DNA of 64,000 bases from Camelus dromedarius (GCF_036321535.1 NC_087437.1:35280001-35344000); one strand, 5' to 3'. Counted from the first letter of the stretch, positions 1 through 12,934 are shown. Made by a program: numbers and translations. Notes: generated by a model from the sequence alone, not told the origin.

Positions 1-577
1 TTTTCAGCATCTCTTGAAACAATATTCTAGAATCTAGATCCAGCATGAATTTTCTGTTTGGACCTGTATAAATAGAAATTTAGAGAGGTATGCATTGTTT
101 AATATTTCTAGGCATTAAGTATGTGCCTGTTGCAAACCCTGGGCAGTTTATGAGTATCTCAAGAATGATGAACTGGAATACAAAGAGAAGCAGGAAAAGA
201 ATGCTCAGCACAACTGAGACATAATACTTTGCTGTCTATGGCATTTATGCTCTCCAAGAGGAAGTCAATAAGCTAAGTTGTACATCTCTTAATTAGGCAC
301 ATACATTGCTCAAATCCTCCCCCCACTCCTAGGCAGTGACTATCTCCCATGTGTACAGCTGTGCACCCCCTAGCCTTGATGGCACTGAAAGCTATCACCT
401 TTTGTTTGATGCACATAAGGCAAGAGGTGTGATGAAGAGTCTAAAGGGTCTAAAAGGTAGTAGGCAAAGAAGTACATATTTAAGACTGTAGGACGGGCTG
501 TGCCAGAATTGAGCCTGACTGCTAAGAAAGATACTCAAGGTATTATCATAAATGTACATCTTGTGTATTTGTTTTAT

Positions 578-646
578 GCAGGGCCCTGTCCAACCTGGGG
601 CCCAGGGCAGGGGCTCCTCTTGCTTGGGTCTAAAGGCAGTATTGCC
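578..646 (-). mobile_element. Possible hAT-Tip100-type DNA transposon terminal fragment
   Basis: Reverse complement reads CAATACTGCCTTTAGACCCAAGCAAGAGGAGCCCCTGCCCTGGGCCCC, resembling the GGGCCC-rich ends of Tip100-family MITEs. Confidence 0.35.
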
Positions 647-704
647 TATTTCTGCCCCTGACTCCTTTAATCAAAGCAATCCTGTTAAAAAGGAAATTGG
701 ACTT

Positions 705-1333
705 TTGAAAGATACTTGCACCCCAATGTTCACAGCAGCACTGTTTACAACAGCCAAGACATGGAAGCAACCTAAATGTCCATTGACAGATGACTGGATA
801 AAGAAGTTGTGGTATGTATGTATGTATATGTATGTGTGTGTGTATGTGTGTGTATATATATATATACTCCATTATATATATATGTATATAAAAATAGTAT
901 ATTATTCAGCCATTAAAACAAATGAAATAATGCTATTAGCAGCAACATGGGTGGACCTAGAGATTATCATACTAGGTGAAGTAAGTCAGACAGAGAAAGA
1001 CAAATATATGATATCACCTACATGTGGAATCTAAAAAATGACTCACATGAACTTATTTACAAAACAGAAACAGACTCACAGACGTAGAAAACAAACTTAT
1101 GGTTATGAGGGGGAAGGGGGTGGGAAGGGATAAACTGGGAGTTTAAGATTTGTAGATACTAATTATAAAATATAAAATATAAACAAACAAGGTCACAGGG
1201 GACTATATCCAATAGCTTTTAATAATCTATAATGAAAAACAATGTATATATGTATGACTGAATCACTATGCTTATACCAGAAACTAACACAACACTGTAA
1301 ATCAACTCTACTTCAATAAAAAAATTTAAAAAA
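705..1333 (+). mobile_element. LINE-1 3' end (ORF2 C-terminus plus 3'UTR), 5' truncated
   Basis: Translates to KDTCTPMFTAALFTTAKTWKQPKCP...SEVSQTEKDKYMISPTCGI*-type ORF2 C-terminus; G-rich 3'UTR tract; AATAAA and A tail at ~1315-1333. Confidence 0.95.
812..890. repeat. (TATG)/(TG)/(TA) compound microsatellite inside the L1
   Basis: Visible directly in the sequence. Confidence 0.9.
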
Positions 1334-1469
1334 TAGAATTCTGAAAAAAGAGTCCAAGTGTTCATCAGTAGGAAAATTATTTCAATAATTAATGGTAGAT
1401 CCTAAAATAAATTCTGTTCCTTGAAAAACCAACAAACAAAAAAACCCAAACAAACAAAAAAATGAAGTT

Positions 1470-2360
1470 TGATCATCTTACTCCTCTACTCAAAGCCTCT
1501 TGAAGCTCTGGAAGCTCCCATCTCATCCTGAGTAGAAGGTGAATCCTTACAGTGACCAGACAGGCCCCATGTGATCTGACCCTTGCTTTCCCTCCAACTT
1601 CATCTCCTGCCATCTCCTCTGCGCTCACTTGGGACATTGCTCTCAATGCCATTCTTCAAATCCACCAAGCGTATTTCCACTTCAGGTTTTGCAGGTATCA
1701 TTCTACCTAAATGGCTCTTATCCCAGGTAAAGGCATTTCCGGCCCCTTCCTCTCTCTTAAGCCTTTATTCAAATATCGCCTTTTCAGTAAGGCCTTCTTC
1801 GACCACTGAATTTTATTTTTTTATTAAAAAAAAGTTTTTTAAGGCCAAATCTGGGGAAATTTATTGTATTTCTTTAATTGAAGTATTGTCAGTTACAGTG
1901 TGTCAATTTCTGGTGTACAGCATACTGTTTCAGTCATACATACACAAACATATTCATTTTCTTTTTCATTATAGGTTACTATAAGATACTGAATATAGTT
2001 CCCTGTGCTATATGGAAGAAATTTGTTTTTTTTAATCTATTTTATATGTAGTAGTTAACATTTGCAAATCTTGAACTTGCAATGTATCCCTTTCCACCCT
2101 CTTCCTCCCTGGTAACCGTAAGTTTGTTTACTATGTATGGACCACGGAATTTTAAATTGCTGTCCCATTCCCAGATGCTCTTCCTTGCTTTACATTTCCC
2201 TGTAGCACTCACCACATCTAATGTGTTATGTATTTCGCTTGCTGATCTTGTTAATTTTTTGTCTCCCCAATAGAAAGGAAGTTCTAGGAGACCAAGAATT
2301 TTTGTCTGTTTATTGCTCTAACCCCAGAGCCAGAACATTACGTAGGTGTTCAGTGAATAA
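1470..2360 (+). mobile_element. LINE-2 3' fragment, split by a younger L1 insertion
   Basis: L2-like motifs gatcatcttactcctctactcaaa and ccccatgtgatctgacc; terminal ...cagaacattacgtaggtgttcagtgaataa. Confidence 0.75.
1816..2139 (-). mobile_element. Short L1 3'UTR insertion with 15-bp TSD
   Basis: ttgaagtattgtcagttaca...gaatatagttccctgtgctata is the L1 3'UTR; flanked by GACCACTGAATTTTA (1801-1815) and GACCACGGAATTTTA (2140-2154). Confidence 0.9.
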
Positions 2361-2994
2361 AGTCCGATAGGGTCCAAACTGACATGATGGTTGTGGATCT
2401 CTTCACAAGGTAGTGCTCACAGATTATTTTGCCTTGAGTTTTCCATCTTAATTTAAAACCATGACAAACCAATAGTCTAGTGCAAAGTAGATGACACGGT
2501 GACTTAGCTTTCATAATTAAGAAACTGGCTTCTTGAAATACCATATATTTTATGTTTTATTGTGTTTCAAAGAGCTATACTTTTTTCCCCCTCGTTGGGA
2601 TGGAGGACTACTGGGCAGATCCATTGGGTGGCTGTGAGAAACTGACAACTCTGAAAGGGGCATGTATCTCCTGTTGCCTCCTGATAGGATGCTTCTTCGC
2701 AGTGGCGGGGGGTGGGGCAACCCATTTTTATCTCTCACTCCAGCCCCAAATGGGTCATTCTGAGTCCTGGGAATTACTATATTCTATAACTGTAAACCCA
2801 CTTACAGACAGATTTTTGAATGAGGCAAGAAGACTGTGAAACTTAAAGGTTAATGAGTGCTGTAAAACTTGGAAGGAGGACTTAGGGAGAAGGAAAAATT
2901 GAGAGCAAAGCAGCTGCCAGTGACAAACATGGGTGGGGCAGGCAGGAGAGAGACGTGGGAATTATGGAGTCATGATAACTACTCTTTCCTAGGT

Positions 2995-3140
2995 CCCAAC
3001 AATGTGCCAGGCTTCAAGCTTTATGTATCCAAAGTGCTGTAAGAGACAGATCACACGAGGAGACTGAAGCATGGGGCAATTGGACAATGTGCCAAAGGAT
3101 ACCCATCGTGTAGGTGGGCAAGACTTGAACCCACACTCTT
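2995..3140 (-). mobile_element. MIR SINE fragment
   Basis: gaggagactgaagc...gacttgaaccc matches the antisense MIR core. Confidence 0.5.
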
Positions 3141-3619
3141 AACTAATGGAGCAAAGCAGAATTTGCTAAAAAGCTTGGCTGGTAAAACCTGGTATAATGG
3201 GAAAAAGAGCAGTGGTAGCCCAGTTTGTCACCCCAGGTGTGAAAGGGATTGAGAAGAGGGACAAGAAACCACTGATACCTCAGCAAGGGGATGCGGGAGT
3301 GGGTCTCCTGTAAAACTGCAGATGGAACCAATGGGGTTTGCTGACCAGGGAGTCTGCAGTTGGGTGCTCTGATCATCCTAGTGGGTAATCCATGTACATT
3401 TGGCAGAAAAATCTAGTAAGACTGCTTGATTGTTCCAGGAATAGACTTAAAGCATATTTGTTGTTGGTCGAAGTCTAAGAATTACGTTGCATCTGATAGA
3501 GATGACATGAGAGATCTGCATATTCAAGGTTCCTTCCTCTGAGGTAGGAAATGCTTCTTACTTGTCCTGAGCTTGTGGAGGGAGCTGAGGAGGCAGAAAC
3601 CGCCTTCTTTTACTCTGGG

Positions 3620-4222
3620 TAGTCATTCAGTGCCTGCCAGCCACTGTTCTTGGTACTGAAGATAAATGAGTGAGCACAAAAGGGGAAAAAATCCTGCGTC
3701 TTCACAGAGCTTATGAAGAGAAAGAATTAAAAAAAAAAAGCCATTAACTATATGGTATGTCAGAAGGCGATAAATGGCATGGAGAGAAGCAGGAAGGAGG
3801 ACTGGGAGTATCCGAGTAGGGTGAGGGGTGGTGGGAGGGATTTAACGTTGTGTTCCGAAAATGCTTCACTGAGATGTAATATTTGAGCCAAGACATGAAG
3901 AAGGCAGAAGAGCAAATCATGTGGACATTGGAGCACGCAGAGGGAACACAAGGACAAAATCCTTAAGGTAGGGGCTTTCCTGGCAAGGAGACAGGAGGGC
4001 GGTGGGAAGTGGTGAGTGAGGTCAGAGAGGTGATGGCGGGGGGAGGGTATAACTTAGTGGTAGAGCACATGCCTAGCATGCACAAGGTCCTGGGTTCAAT
4101 CCCCAGTACCTCCACTAATAAACAAACAAGCAAACAAACAAACAAAAAAAACAGAGAGGTGACAGTGTCGCAGATTGCGTAGGACTTGGAGGCTTTGTAA
4201 AGCCTTAGGCTTTTACTCTGAG
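3620..4222 (-). mobile_element. LINE-2 fragment interrupted by a SINE
   Basis: cactgttcttggtactgaagata...atttgagccaagacatgaag...ttaggcttttactctgag is typical antisense L2. Confidence 0.7.
4038..4151 (+). mobile_element. tRNA(Ala)-derived SINE of camelid Vic-1 type
   Basis: GGGGAGGGTATAACTTAGTGGTAGAGCACATGCCTAGCATGCACAAGGTCCTGGGTTCAATCCCCAGTACCTCCA with A/B boxes; (CAAA)n tail; TSD CAGAGAGGTGA at 4023-4033 and 4152-4162. Confidence 0.9.
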
Positions 4223-4224
4223 TT

Positions 4225-4552
4225 TGGCAGACATGGAGGTGCGCCGCCCAGATCCCCTTCAAGGAAAGACTGGATGCCCGGCTGAGGGGAGTGTGCTCCT
4301 CCAGGCTCGGCCTCAGCTGCAGAGCTGTCCTACTTGAGGTTATGCCCTTCCCGGGCAAGCCCCAAACTGGCACCTGGGCAAGGTGGCTGGACAGAGGCCC
4401 GGCCGCTCAGCTCTCTGTGGTCACCGGCATGGGCCTTACTCAGTCCAGAGCTCTCAGCCACCTTTCCCTTCCCTTCACAGGGGCTGATTCATAATAAACA
4501 TCTTGCACCTCAAATTCCCTCTGAACATCTGTTTCTGGAGACCCAGCTGGTG
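4225..4552 (+). mobile_element. ERVL solo LTR, LTR16-like
   Basis: Begins tggcagacatggaggtgcgccgcccagatcccc; AATAAA at ~4493 followed by catcttgcac...tgtttctggagaccc. Confidence 0.65.
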
Positions 4553-4804
4553 GCCATGAATTGTAAAATGTGAGAGACAGCAGAAGAGGTACAATTTTGT
4601 GGACCACTTGTTCATTGTGCACTCACACATGTGCACACCTCCGTCCCCACCCTCACGCACACACACATACCCTTCTACTTTGTTCTGGGCCAGAGTTGAA
4701 AGAATTAATTAGGTAACGAAGTAATGTGGTCAGAACACTGTGGGAAGCTTTGGACCTGGCATTTAGGTCCAAAGAACGTATGTTGTCTGACTGTTGTGAT
4801 TAGG

Positions 4805-4995
4805 TGCATGGACTCAGGAAGGGGTTAGAGTTTCATTTACCAGCCATGTGACCTGGGTCAAGATACTAAGTCTCCCTGTGCCTCAGTTTCCTCATCCAGC
4901 AAGTGAGATTTTGGTGTTATAAATGAGTTTCTGTTTGTAAAATTCTTAGAATTGTGTCTGGCACAGAGTATATGCTAGACAGATGTTTGTTAAAT
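4805..4995 (+). mobile_element. MIR SINE
   Basis: Core tgtgacctgggtcaag...ctgtgcctcagtttcctcatc. Confidence 0.75.
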
Positions 4996-6499
4996 AAGAA
5001 AGCCAGCTCTACTTGAGTCAAATGTAGAGGGGGCATTTTGCTTATGGTTCAGACTCCTTTTGGGGGTCAGGCGTGTATTCGTTTTTCAGCTGAGTAGACA
5101 GGAAGGAGGACTGATTTGGGCTCAGTGTATTATCAGAGGTGACAGAGTTGGTTGAATTGGAGCTATATGTTTAATCGAGGCCCTTCCGTAGAATATGTGA
5201 GTTATTAAAAAATTACAAAAACATGTGTTTGATAAAGGATACATAAAAACAAAGTGCCACTCTGAAATGAGACTGAGGCTCAGTCTTTCCTCAAAATCAC
5301 TATTAATAGAGTGAATATATCAAAGTGCATGAATCCACCTTCATATTGGGGCACAAGGACCATTGTCTTGGATCACTGTGCTGCCCGTGAGCTTCTGATA
5401 CTCCTGAGCAAGGCTCTGAAGGAGGGCCCCAGTAAAGACGGATGTTTTGCTGATCTGAAAGGTAATGACAGTGACAAACGAGACCTCCCAGTGGACCATA
5501 GCGAGGGTTAGCGGCAGGAAATTGCATCAGCTCAGTGATTAAGGCAACATCAGCAGTCAGAAGACAGCAGGGCAGGTGGCCTTGGTCTTGCCGCTGCCTC
5601 CACTGATCTGTCGCGCAGGGTGATGAGTCTGAGATGTGTCTGCTAGGCCCACAAACACCATCCTCCCCTGCTTCCCTTTTTTCTCCCTGAGGATAAATGA
5701 GCAACAAGAAATTTGGAACATCCAGATTATTCAATGTCAGAGCTATTGCCAAAGCAGCACACCCACACTACTTGGATGTTGAATGCAAGTTAAAATTGCC
5801 TCTGGCAAAAGGTTTTGTGAAGGTCTTACTCATTCATTTTAATTCAAGAAAAATTAATGAGCACCTACTATGTACCAGGCACTGGGCTTGATGCCAGGGA
5901 TATAAAGATGAATGAAATAATTTCTTGTCTTCAAGGAAGTCACAGTCGAAGGGAGGAGGCGACTAAGTCAAGACAATGGTTGTTCCATCTTTTTTGTCTC
6001 AGAAATGACCAAAGACCTAGATGCCATGGCTATTATATGAAAGCTTGAGAAAACACTGAATCCAGCAAGTTGGTTGATTGATATTCTTATTTAACTACCC
6101 CATAGAGCATTAGATAAGCAATTTATTTTAAAAGGTTTAGTCTCAGCAGGAGAAAAATATTAAACAAACAAACAAAAATCCAAAAACAACAGTTTCACAT
6201 TTGGGTGTTAACCGACTGGGCCCCTAAGTCTTGTTTCTCAGACTTTGGATTGACAAGCAGGAGAGGGCTAAAGAGCTCTATGGGGAAATCAGAAGGTGAC
6301 CTGGCAACGTCAAGGACCAAAGGAGGCAGAAGCTAGTTGCCTCATCACTGGTTCCTCATTGGAAGAATGGCCAATGAGAGGCATCTTTTTATATCTCTAA
6401 AATCCTGGATTCTGTAACTGAAAACGTGTGACCCAGGACCCACAGATTGCAGCATTCATATTCCAACCAAAGACTTCTGATTTAAAAAAGAAAAAAAAT

Positions 6500-6975
6500 A
6501 CTGATACATGACATACCTGTAGAAAAGCGCAGAAATGTTGAATGGACGGCTTGATGACTTTAAACATTTGTCTGTGCCCATGACATCACCACCATGTCAT
6601 GATATGGAAAATTTCCAGAACCTGGAAGACTTCTTTGTGCCCACCTCCAGTCAAATCACCCCACCCCACAAACATGACCACTACGCTAATGTCTACCACC
6701 ATAGATTAATTTTGCTTGTTCTTGAACTTCGTATATTTGGAATCATACAGTTTATTGTCTTTCCTGTCTGGCTTCTTTCCTCAGCATCTGTCTAGAACTT
6801 CATCTGTGCTGTGTATCAGCAGTACTTAAAATGGTGAACATCTTTTCATATAATGGCTGGCCATTTGTGTATCTTCTTTTGTGAGGTGCTTGTTCAATTT
6901 TGGGGCCAAATTTTAGTGGGTCATCAGTCTTTTTCATATTGATTCATAGGAGTTCTTTAGACTGTTTGCATGCAA
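6500..6975 (-). mobile_element. Old L1M 3' region fragments
   Basis: atttggaatcatacagtttattgtctttcctgtctggcttctttcc; ggccatttgtgtatcttcttttgtgaggtg. Confidence 0.6.
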
Positions 6976-7002
6976 GACTCTTAAGGTTTTTTTCCCCCCA
7001 TC

Positions 7003-7228
7003 TTTTTTAAAATTGAAGTATAGTTGATTTATGATGTTGTATTAGTTTCCGGTGTACAGCATAGTGATTCAGATATATATTCTTTCCCATAAATTTTTCA
7101 TATTTTTTTCTACAAGCCATTGAATATAGTTCCCTGTGCTATACAGTATGACCTTGTTGTTTATCTAGTCTGTATATAGTAGTTTGTATCTGCCAGTCCC
7201 AAATTCCCAGTTTATCCCTTCCTCCCCT
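7003..7228 (-). mobile_element. Short L1 3'UTR insertion
   Basis: ttgaagtatagttgattta...gaatatagttccctgtgctatacagta...tttatcccttcctcccc. Confidence 0.85.
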
Positions 7229-8404
7229 TCAAGACTCGAGTTTTAATCCACTTCTCTTTTTATACAAGTAAGTCAGTTGTTTTTTGAGACCCCTCCTCCT
7301 TTCATTCATTCCTCATACATTTTCAGAATTCTCCAAGTAAGCTCCCCTGATGGTTCTCTGTCTTTCAAGGACTAAAATTGCTCCCCCCAAAGCAAATTAA
7401 TGATTAGATGTAAGTGACTGAAAATCCTGTTAGCCTCTAGATATTTATATTTTAAAAGGGAATGAAGTGATTCAACAGAATATCTGATGGTGGAATTTCA
7501 GAAATTAGGAAGATGATGAGAAACTCTTTTGAGGGCGATTGGGAGAACGGCCAATGAGAGGCACGTTTTTATAACTCTAAAATCCGAAACTGTAGTCATT
7601 TCTTAAACTTTTCCTTGAATTTGGGCGTATTAAATATTGGACAAAGGAAACTTAGTCATCAAAAATGATTGCTTCATTGAAGAAAGAAAGGATTAAGAAG
7701 TATAGCGGATCACTGGTTTCAGAATTATTTTCAAAGACTGACCATCAGTGGCTAATGCCAGCCTGGGGACTTTATGGTATCATGTTCCAGGGAGGCTTGT
7801 TGTCTAGGAAACCAATGTGAATGTTGCAATAATGACTTGCCAGAGATTACAAAGCATGCTTATGAAGTTAGTCAGTGGTGTTATGTTGGGAAGTGGAGTC
7901 TAACACGTTAGAGGCAAGAGAATGATTTAAGATGATTTGGAAACAAGGATGAAAAAGCTAGAAAAAAAATAAGAAATATAATTGAAGGCAATCTAAGTGA
8001 TGAGAAAGAGGGACCAAAAAGAGTGAAAAATTAAAAAAAAAAAAGAGAGATTTTTGTGTGCCCGGCCAGTCTCTGTTCATCCTCAAGCTGAGACTGTGCC
8101 AGAAAAGAAAACGTGGTTTGGAGATGCCCCACCTCTGTGAACTGGATTATTTATCTGTCACTATAAAACCAGTTCTCAGTTATGTGGGCTAAAAAAACCC
8201 ACAGGCATGGATTTGAGAATCCTAGTCTGTTTCTGCCATAAATATTTCACGCCTTGAATATTTATTGGCCACTTACTGTCAGGTACCATGATAGATAATC
8301 ATCATACAACTTTGGAAATTTTTTAAGGTACTTATTAATTATAATAGGAGAACAGAAGTGAGGTTAAAAGCAGTCTGGGAGGATTAGGGGAGCTTTTGAA
8401 TTAA

Positions 8405-8700
8405 TTTATTTCTCCATACAATAAATACTCACTGAGCATCTACCTCATACCAGGCATCATGCTAGATGGTGTCTTTGAAGAAGAAAGACGTCTTTGTTTC
8501 CACGGAGCTGACAGTTTCATGGGAAGGACAGAGGAGATGACATTAAACTGTGTCTTGAAGTACTTCTCTGGTGAGAAGGGAGGGAGGCCTTTCCTAGTAC
8601 AGGCTCCCATAGGTAGAAGTACAGTTTGGAAAGAGGTTGGTGAGTTTGGAGAACTGTAAATAGTGGGGCGTAGCTGAAATCCTGTGGAATGCACTTGTAG
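8405..8700 (-). mobile_element. LINE-2 3' fragment
   Basis: aaatactcactgagcatctacc...caggcatcatgctagatg is an antisense L2 end. Confidence 0.55.
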
Positions 8701-9270
8701 AGAATCCAGTGAAGAAGATTCTTCCAGAAATGTTGCGGCAAAATCTGCCACACTCTGGGATAGATCCATCTATCTGTCTGTCTGTTTATCATCTTATCTA
8801 TGTAAGGCCTACTCTGTGGATGGTACTGATAAACACTGGGGGAATTTGTGCAGAATGAATAGGGCAGGGTCCCTATCTTATCCTTAGAATGTGGGAATGT
8901 CATATCCCGGTGATAGGAAGGTGAGAGAAGCTGAGTGGTAGATTACAATGGAGGGAGCTAGACTCAGGATTTGATTTGGCTCCATTTTATCCTAATCAAC
9001 ATGGATAGAATTTTAAACTTTTTAATAAGGATTTCTCATCCTTTACCCTCAGGTGTTCAAAAACTTGTGTAGCAGTTTGGGGCTAGTCAGCTCTACAGTG
9101 AAGTGTCAGAGCAAAGGATAAGCCTACTGAAGTGTCAAGAAGAAAAATGGCCCTTTGTATTTCCAGTTGATTGTGTTCTGGTCAGATCACTTTTAAGTAT
9201 CAGATTCAAAGGGGTCAGTTTGGGGTTACATTTATTATATCCTCTTAAATGCCCTTCAGAAACATTGGGT

Positions 9271-9712
9271 ATGCATTAGTCAGCTTTTTCTACAGTAGCA
9301 AACATCCCCCAAATTACAATTGCTTATTGTATTTATTTCTCACTCATGTGTTTTCAGGTTGGTTGTAGCTTTGCTCAGCTCTGCTTGGCTCTTCTGGGCT
9401 GGTCTCTAAGCTGTGGACTGGGTTCAAGTCTGCTTCATATATCTTTTCATTCTGGAACCTAAGTGGAAGGAAAAGCCCTTATCTAGGGAAAGTTTCCTTC
9501 ATGAGCTTCAAGGCTAAAGTTCAACAAATGACAGAAACTTGCAATGCCATGAAAAGTTTCTGCTTGGACACAATATGTCATATTCACTCCAATTCCATTT
9601 GCAAAGAAAATCATCAGACCAAACCCATAAGTGGGCTGAGACATATTCTCTTTCCGCAGAGGAAGGATGTGAGAAGGTAGCGTCAATGTTTGCTGATAAA
9701 CACATTCTACCA
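9271..9712. mobile_element. MaLR solo LTR (MLT1 family)
   Basis: tgcattagtcag...atttatttctcactcatg...ccattt-gcaaagaaaatcatcagaccaaaccc...ctacca layout. Confidence 0.6.
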
Positions 9713-10921
9713 TGATGTATGCATGTATGTATTTATGTTCTTTTTTTTTTTTAATAAAACAACTTCTGCAGATAAACTAAAGTCTCTCAGAAGTGTTGTG
9801 ATCAGAAGCTGTTAGAAAACACAGCAGTTCAAAGGGAATGTTCTAAGATTTTCTTTCATGCTATATAGAAGAGTTGTTATTTGAAGGGGATACATAGTCA
9901 TGATCTGAACTACTTGACTTGGGGTGAGATTGCTGTGGTTAGAAATTCAAATTCAGACTGTAGTAATTTAGAGATATCCATTTGTGAGAAATATCTATGC
10001 AGTTATTTACTTAAAACTGATATGATGATACCAATCATCCAGGAAGGACTAGAATGACCCACAGGTCTTTAAATATAGGGACATATTTTTTAGGGGGGTG
10101 TTTGGGATAGAGTGAGGCAGATGGTGAATGTTTTATTGTGTAGATTAAGCAACAGATAATTGCTGTGTTACTGATACAGACTTTATGTTTTGTTTGGTTG
10201 AAAATATGCCTTACAACTAATTTCCCCTGCAAAACTAAGTGGTATATTGCCATGATTTCTCCTCTAACAGGTAACAGAAATAGTCATTTTCCCTATGTGG
10301 GAAAAGTATAAGTTAGTCCTTGCAATGGGACTGTAAATATGATTCTGGCTGAGGTTTGAACTTAGGCATTGAACTTGGTTATAGAATTATGGATTAAAAC
10401 TTAGCTTAAATGCAGTGTATTTTGTGTGGATATCTAAGTGATTGTAGGATATTACATAGCATGATGAAAATATCACATTTTCATTCCCTCTTGTGCTTTT
10501 ATACTTTCTGCTGATAAAATGTGGTGTTCTTTGTGTCTAATGATGATGATTTTAGATTATTATTCACACTTCTGCAGCTTTGCTGAGCACTACTTAACAA
10601 CAGAGCCACTGAGCGATTTCAGTTGACTTAGAGATCACAATGAAGCTCTCTAATGAACACGTATCACAGGGTACCACACTTAGAGAGACCTGCAGTTCAG
10701 CACAAGGCAGCCCATCCTGTCAGTTGCATCTAGTTCTGTTTTTTAAATACAGATGATGTAAAACTTTCCTGAAGAAAACTAAGAATTTACTCAGGGGACA
10801 GAGTGAAAAGCAGTAAAGAAGTTTCATCTTATAGCTAAAGAGAGAAATTAAAGCCCTTATTAAATTATTATGAGGTCATTGGAGTCCAGCTGTTTCTCCT
10901 TTTGGTTGTCTTTTTGGCCAC

Positions 10922-12130
10922 TGTAGTAGTTAGATTCTTTTCAGCTTCAATTAATTGCAAACCTGATTCAACCAATAAAGTTCTTCATTTCCCCTAACAG
11001 GTGGTTAAGAGGTGGTGTGGGCCCCAGGCATGAGGCCATGAAGATGCTTGTTCTGTTTCTCTCCTGTTCGCTTGGCTCTTCCCTTTCCTCTGCATCATCT
11101 TTATTCTCAAGCTGGCTTCTCCCGTGGGTTCCAGCAACATCCGACAGAGCAGTCTTCCCTGATCATGTCCAGAAGAAAAGAACTCTTCCTCGATATGTCA
11201 CACACCTCAGTTGTTACCCAATATCTAGTCTTCCTTGTGATGGTTAATTTTAGGTGCCAACTTGACTAGCTAAGGGATGCCCAGGTAGCTGGTCAAACAT
11301 GTGTCTGTGAGGATGTTGCTAGAAGAGATGAGCATCTGAATCAGTAGACTGTAAAGCAGAGCAGCCTCACCAATGCAGTGGGCATCACTCAATCTGCTGA
11401 GGGCCTGAACAGAATAAAAAGGAGGAGGAGGGGTGCATTAGCTCTCTACCTGAGCTGAGATGCCCTTGAACATCAGTGCTCCTGTTTCTTGGGTCCAAAA
11501 CTCAGACCAAAACTTACGCAGTTATGCCTCCGCCCCCTTTTCTTGGGCTTTTGCACTCCTAATGGGACTTACCATCGACTCCCCCTGGTTCTCAGGCCTC
11601 CGGACTTGCACTGAATTAAACCATTGGCTTTCCTTGCTCTCTGGCTTGCAGACAGCAGATCGTGGGACTTCGTGGCTTCTATAATCATGTGAGCCAATTC
11701 CTATAATAACTCTTTCTCTTCCAATCTCTCTCTATGTTTATTTGATGGGATGAGTGTTCGTTGGTGGGCTTAGTCCTTGAGATGGTCTGGTATGGGAAAG
11801 GGCAGAGCAATAAGGTGGAAGTAGCTGGGACATCTGACAGTTTTGTGGAAGACAGCTACCTTACCTGCTTGAATTTTATATTAAAGAATAATAAATTGTC
11901 AGTTTTACTTCAAGTTTTTGTGAGTTAGGTTTGTTTTCCGAACAAAGTTCACTCTTCAGGCTTTATTACTTTAGGTCACATGCTCAACATTGGGCCAGAG
12001 ATCATCTCCAAGGGATATGGAGTGTTTTAATTGGCTTAAACCTAGGTTGCTGAACCAATCACTAGCAAGAGGGATGGGATTACAAGATTACAATGATTGG
12101 TTAAGGTTATCAGTGTTCACGGCTGGAGCA
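10922..12130. mobile_element. Old MLT1-type LTR fragments split by an MLT2 insertion
   Basis: tagttagattcttttcagcttcaa at the start; ggtcacatgctc...tgaaccaatcact...tgattgg downstream. Confidence 0.45.
11237..11735 (+). mobile_element. ERVL LTR, MLT2 family
   Basis: Starts TGTGATGGTTAATTTTAGGTGCCAACTTGACTAGCTAAGGGATGCCCAG; gcagacagcagatcgtgggact...ataatcatgtgagccaattc. Confidence 0.8.
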
Positions 12131-12934
12131 GGGACCTACTGGGATCAGTAGGGGTTGGGTCACTTTGGAAGTTCTATCAGGGGGCTGTGAGGAGTGGTTG
12201 ATCCAACAATAACCATTAGAAACCTGTCTCTCCTCATTGGCAGAGCTAACAATCTGTGGTCTGAGAAAATAAAAGTTGACTAATTCAGTCCACTCATGAT
12301 ATAATCCTGGGGCCATTCTGCATCTTAGATTGCCTGGACCGGCAAGTATAGCCTAAAGGATGGATGCTGTTTCAGATTTAGCATGTTTCATTTTCATGTA
12401 TTCTCCTGCGTGAATGAATGTTTGTTTGCATCTGGGTGTTGAGGGAGTGATCGATGTTGCCGTGAGGGGCATGGGGAATGTTCTGGTTTCTCTAGATCTT
12501 GTCACCTAAGAAAAGCTTGCTTGGTTTGTCTTCTGAGAATTAGAATTGTTTCCTTTGGGCTTCAGGAATATAAAATAAATCAGCTCCAATAATTTGTCAG
12601 TCCAATAACAGCATAAATATTGGAAGAACTCAATAACCAATCAACTTCTATTATTCTAACTACTCCTGTCTTCTATCTGAGTAAAGTGGAGGGTGTTATC
12701 TAGATGGAGAGAAGAAAAGATGAATTTTGCAATTGTACCCAGTGTCAGCACCATCTATGCTGTTGGAAACCATTTTGAGCGACTGTCTTGGATGTCACAT
12801 GCCCCTGACCAAGGCCTTAAATTGTGCCTAACTATGAAAGACAGGAGTGAAGGACTGAAGTAGATTACTGATAGCATAGGTGTTCTCTGAAATGGTATGG
12901 GTGACCAGATGCTGAGAAAGCCACTAACTGCACA

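Noticed and set aside
552..1034. 160-aa ORF
   Set aside because: Chance read-through into an L1 ORF2 C-terminal remnant containing a microsatellite; not a host gene.
4040..4113. tRNA-Ala-like sequence
   Set aside because: It has an A-rich tail, a TSD and a degenerate acceptor stem, so it is a SINE rather than a tRNA gene.
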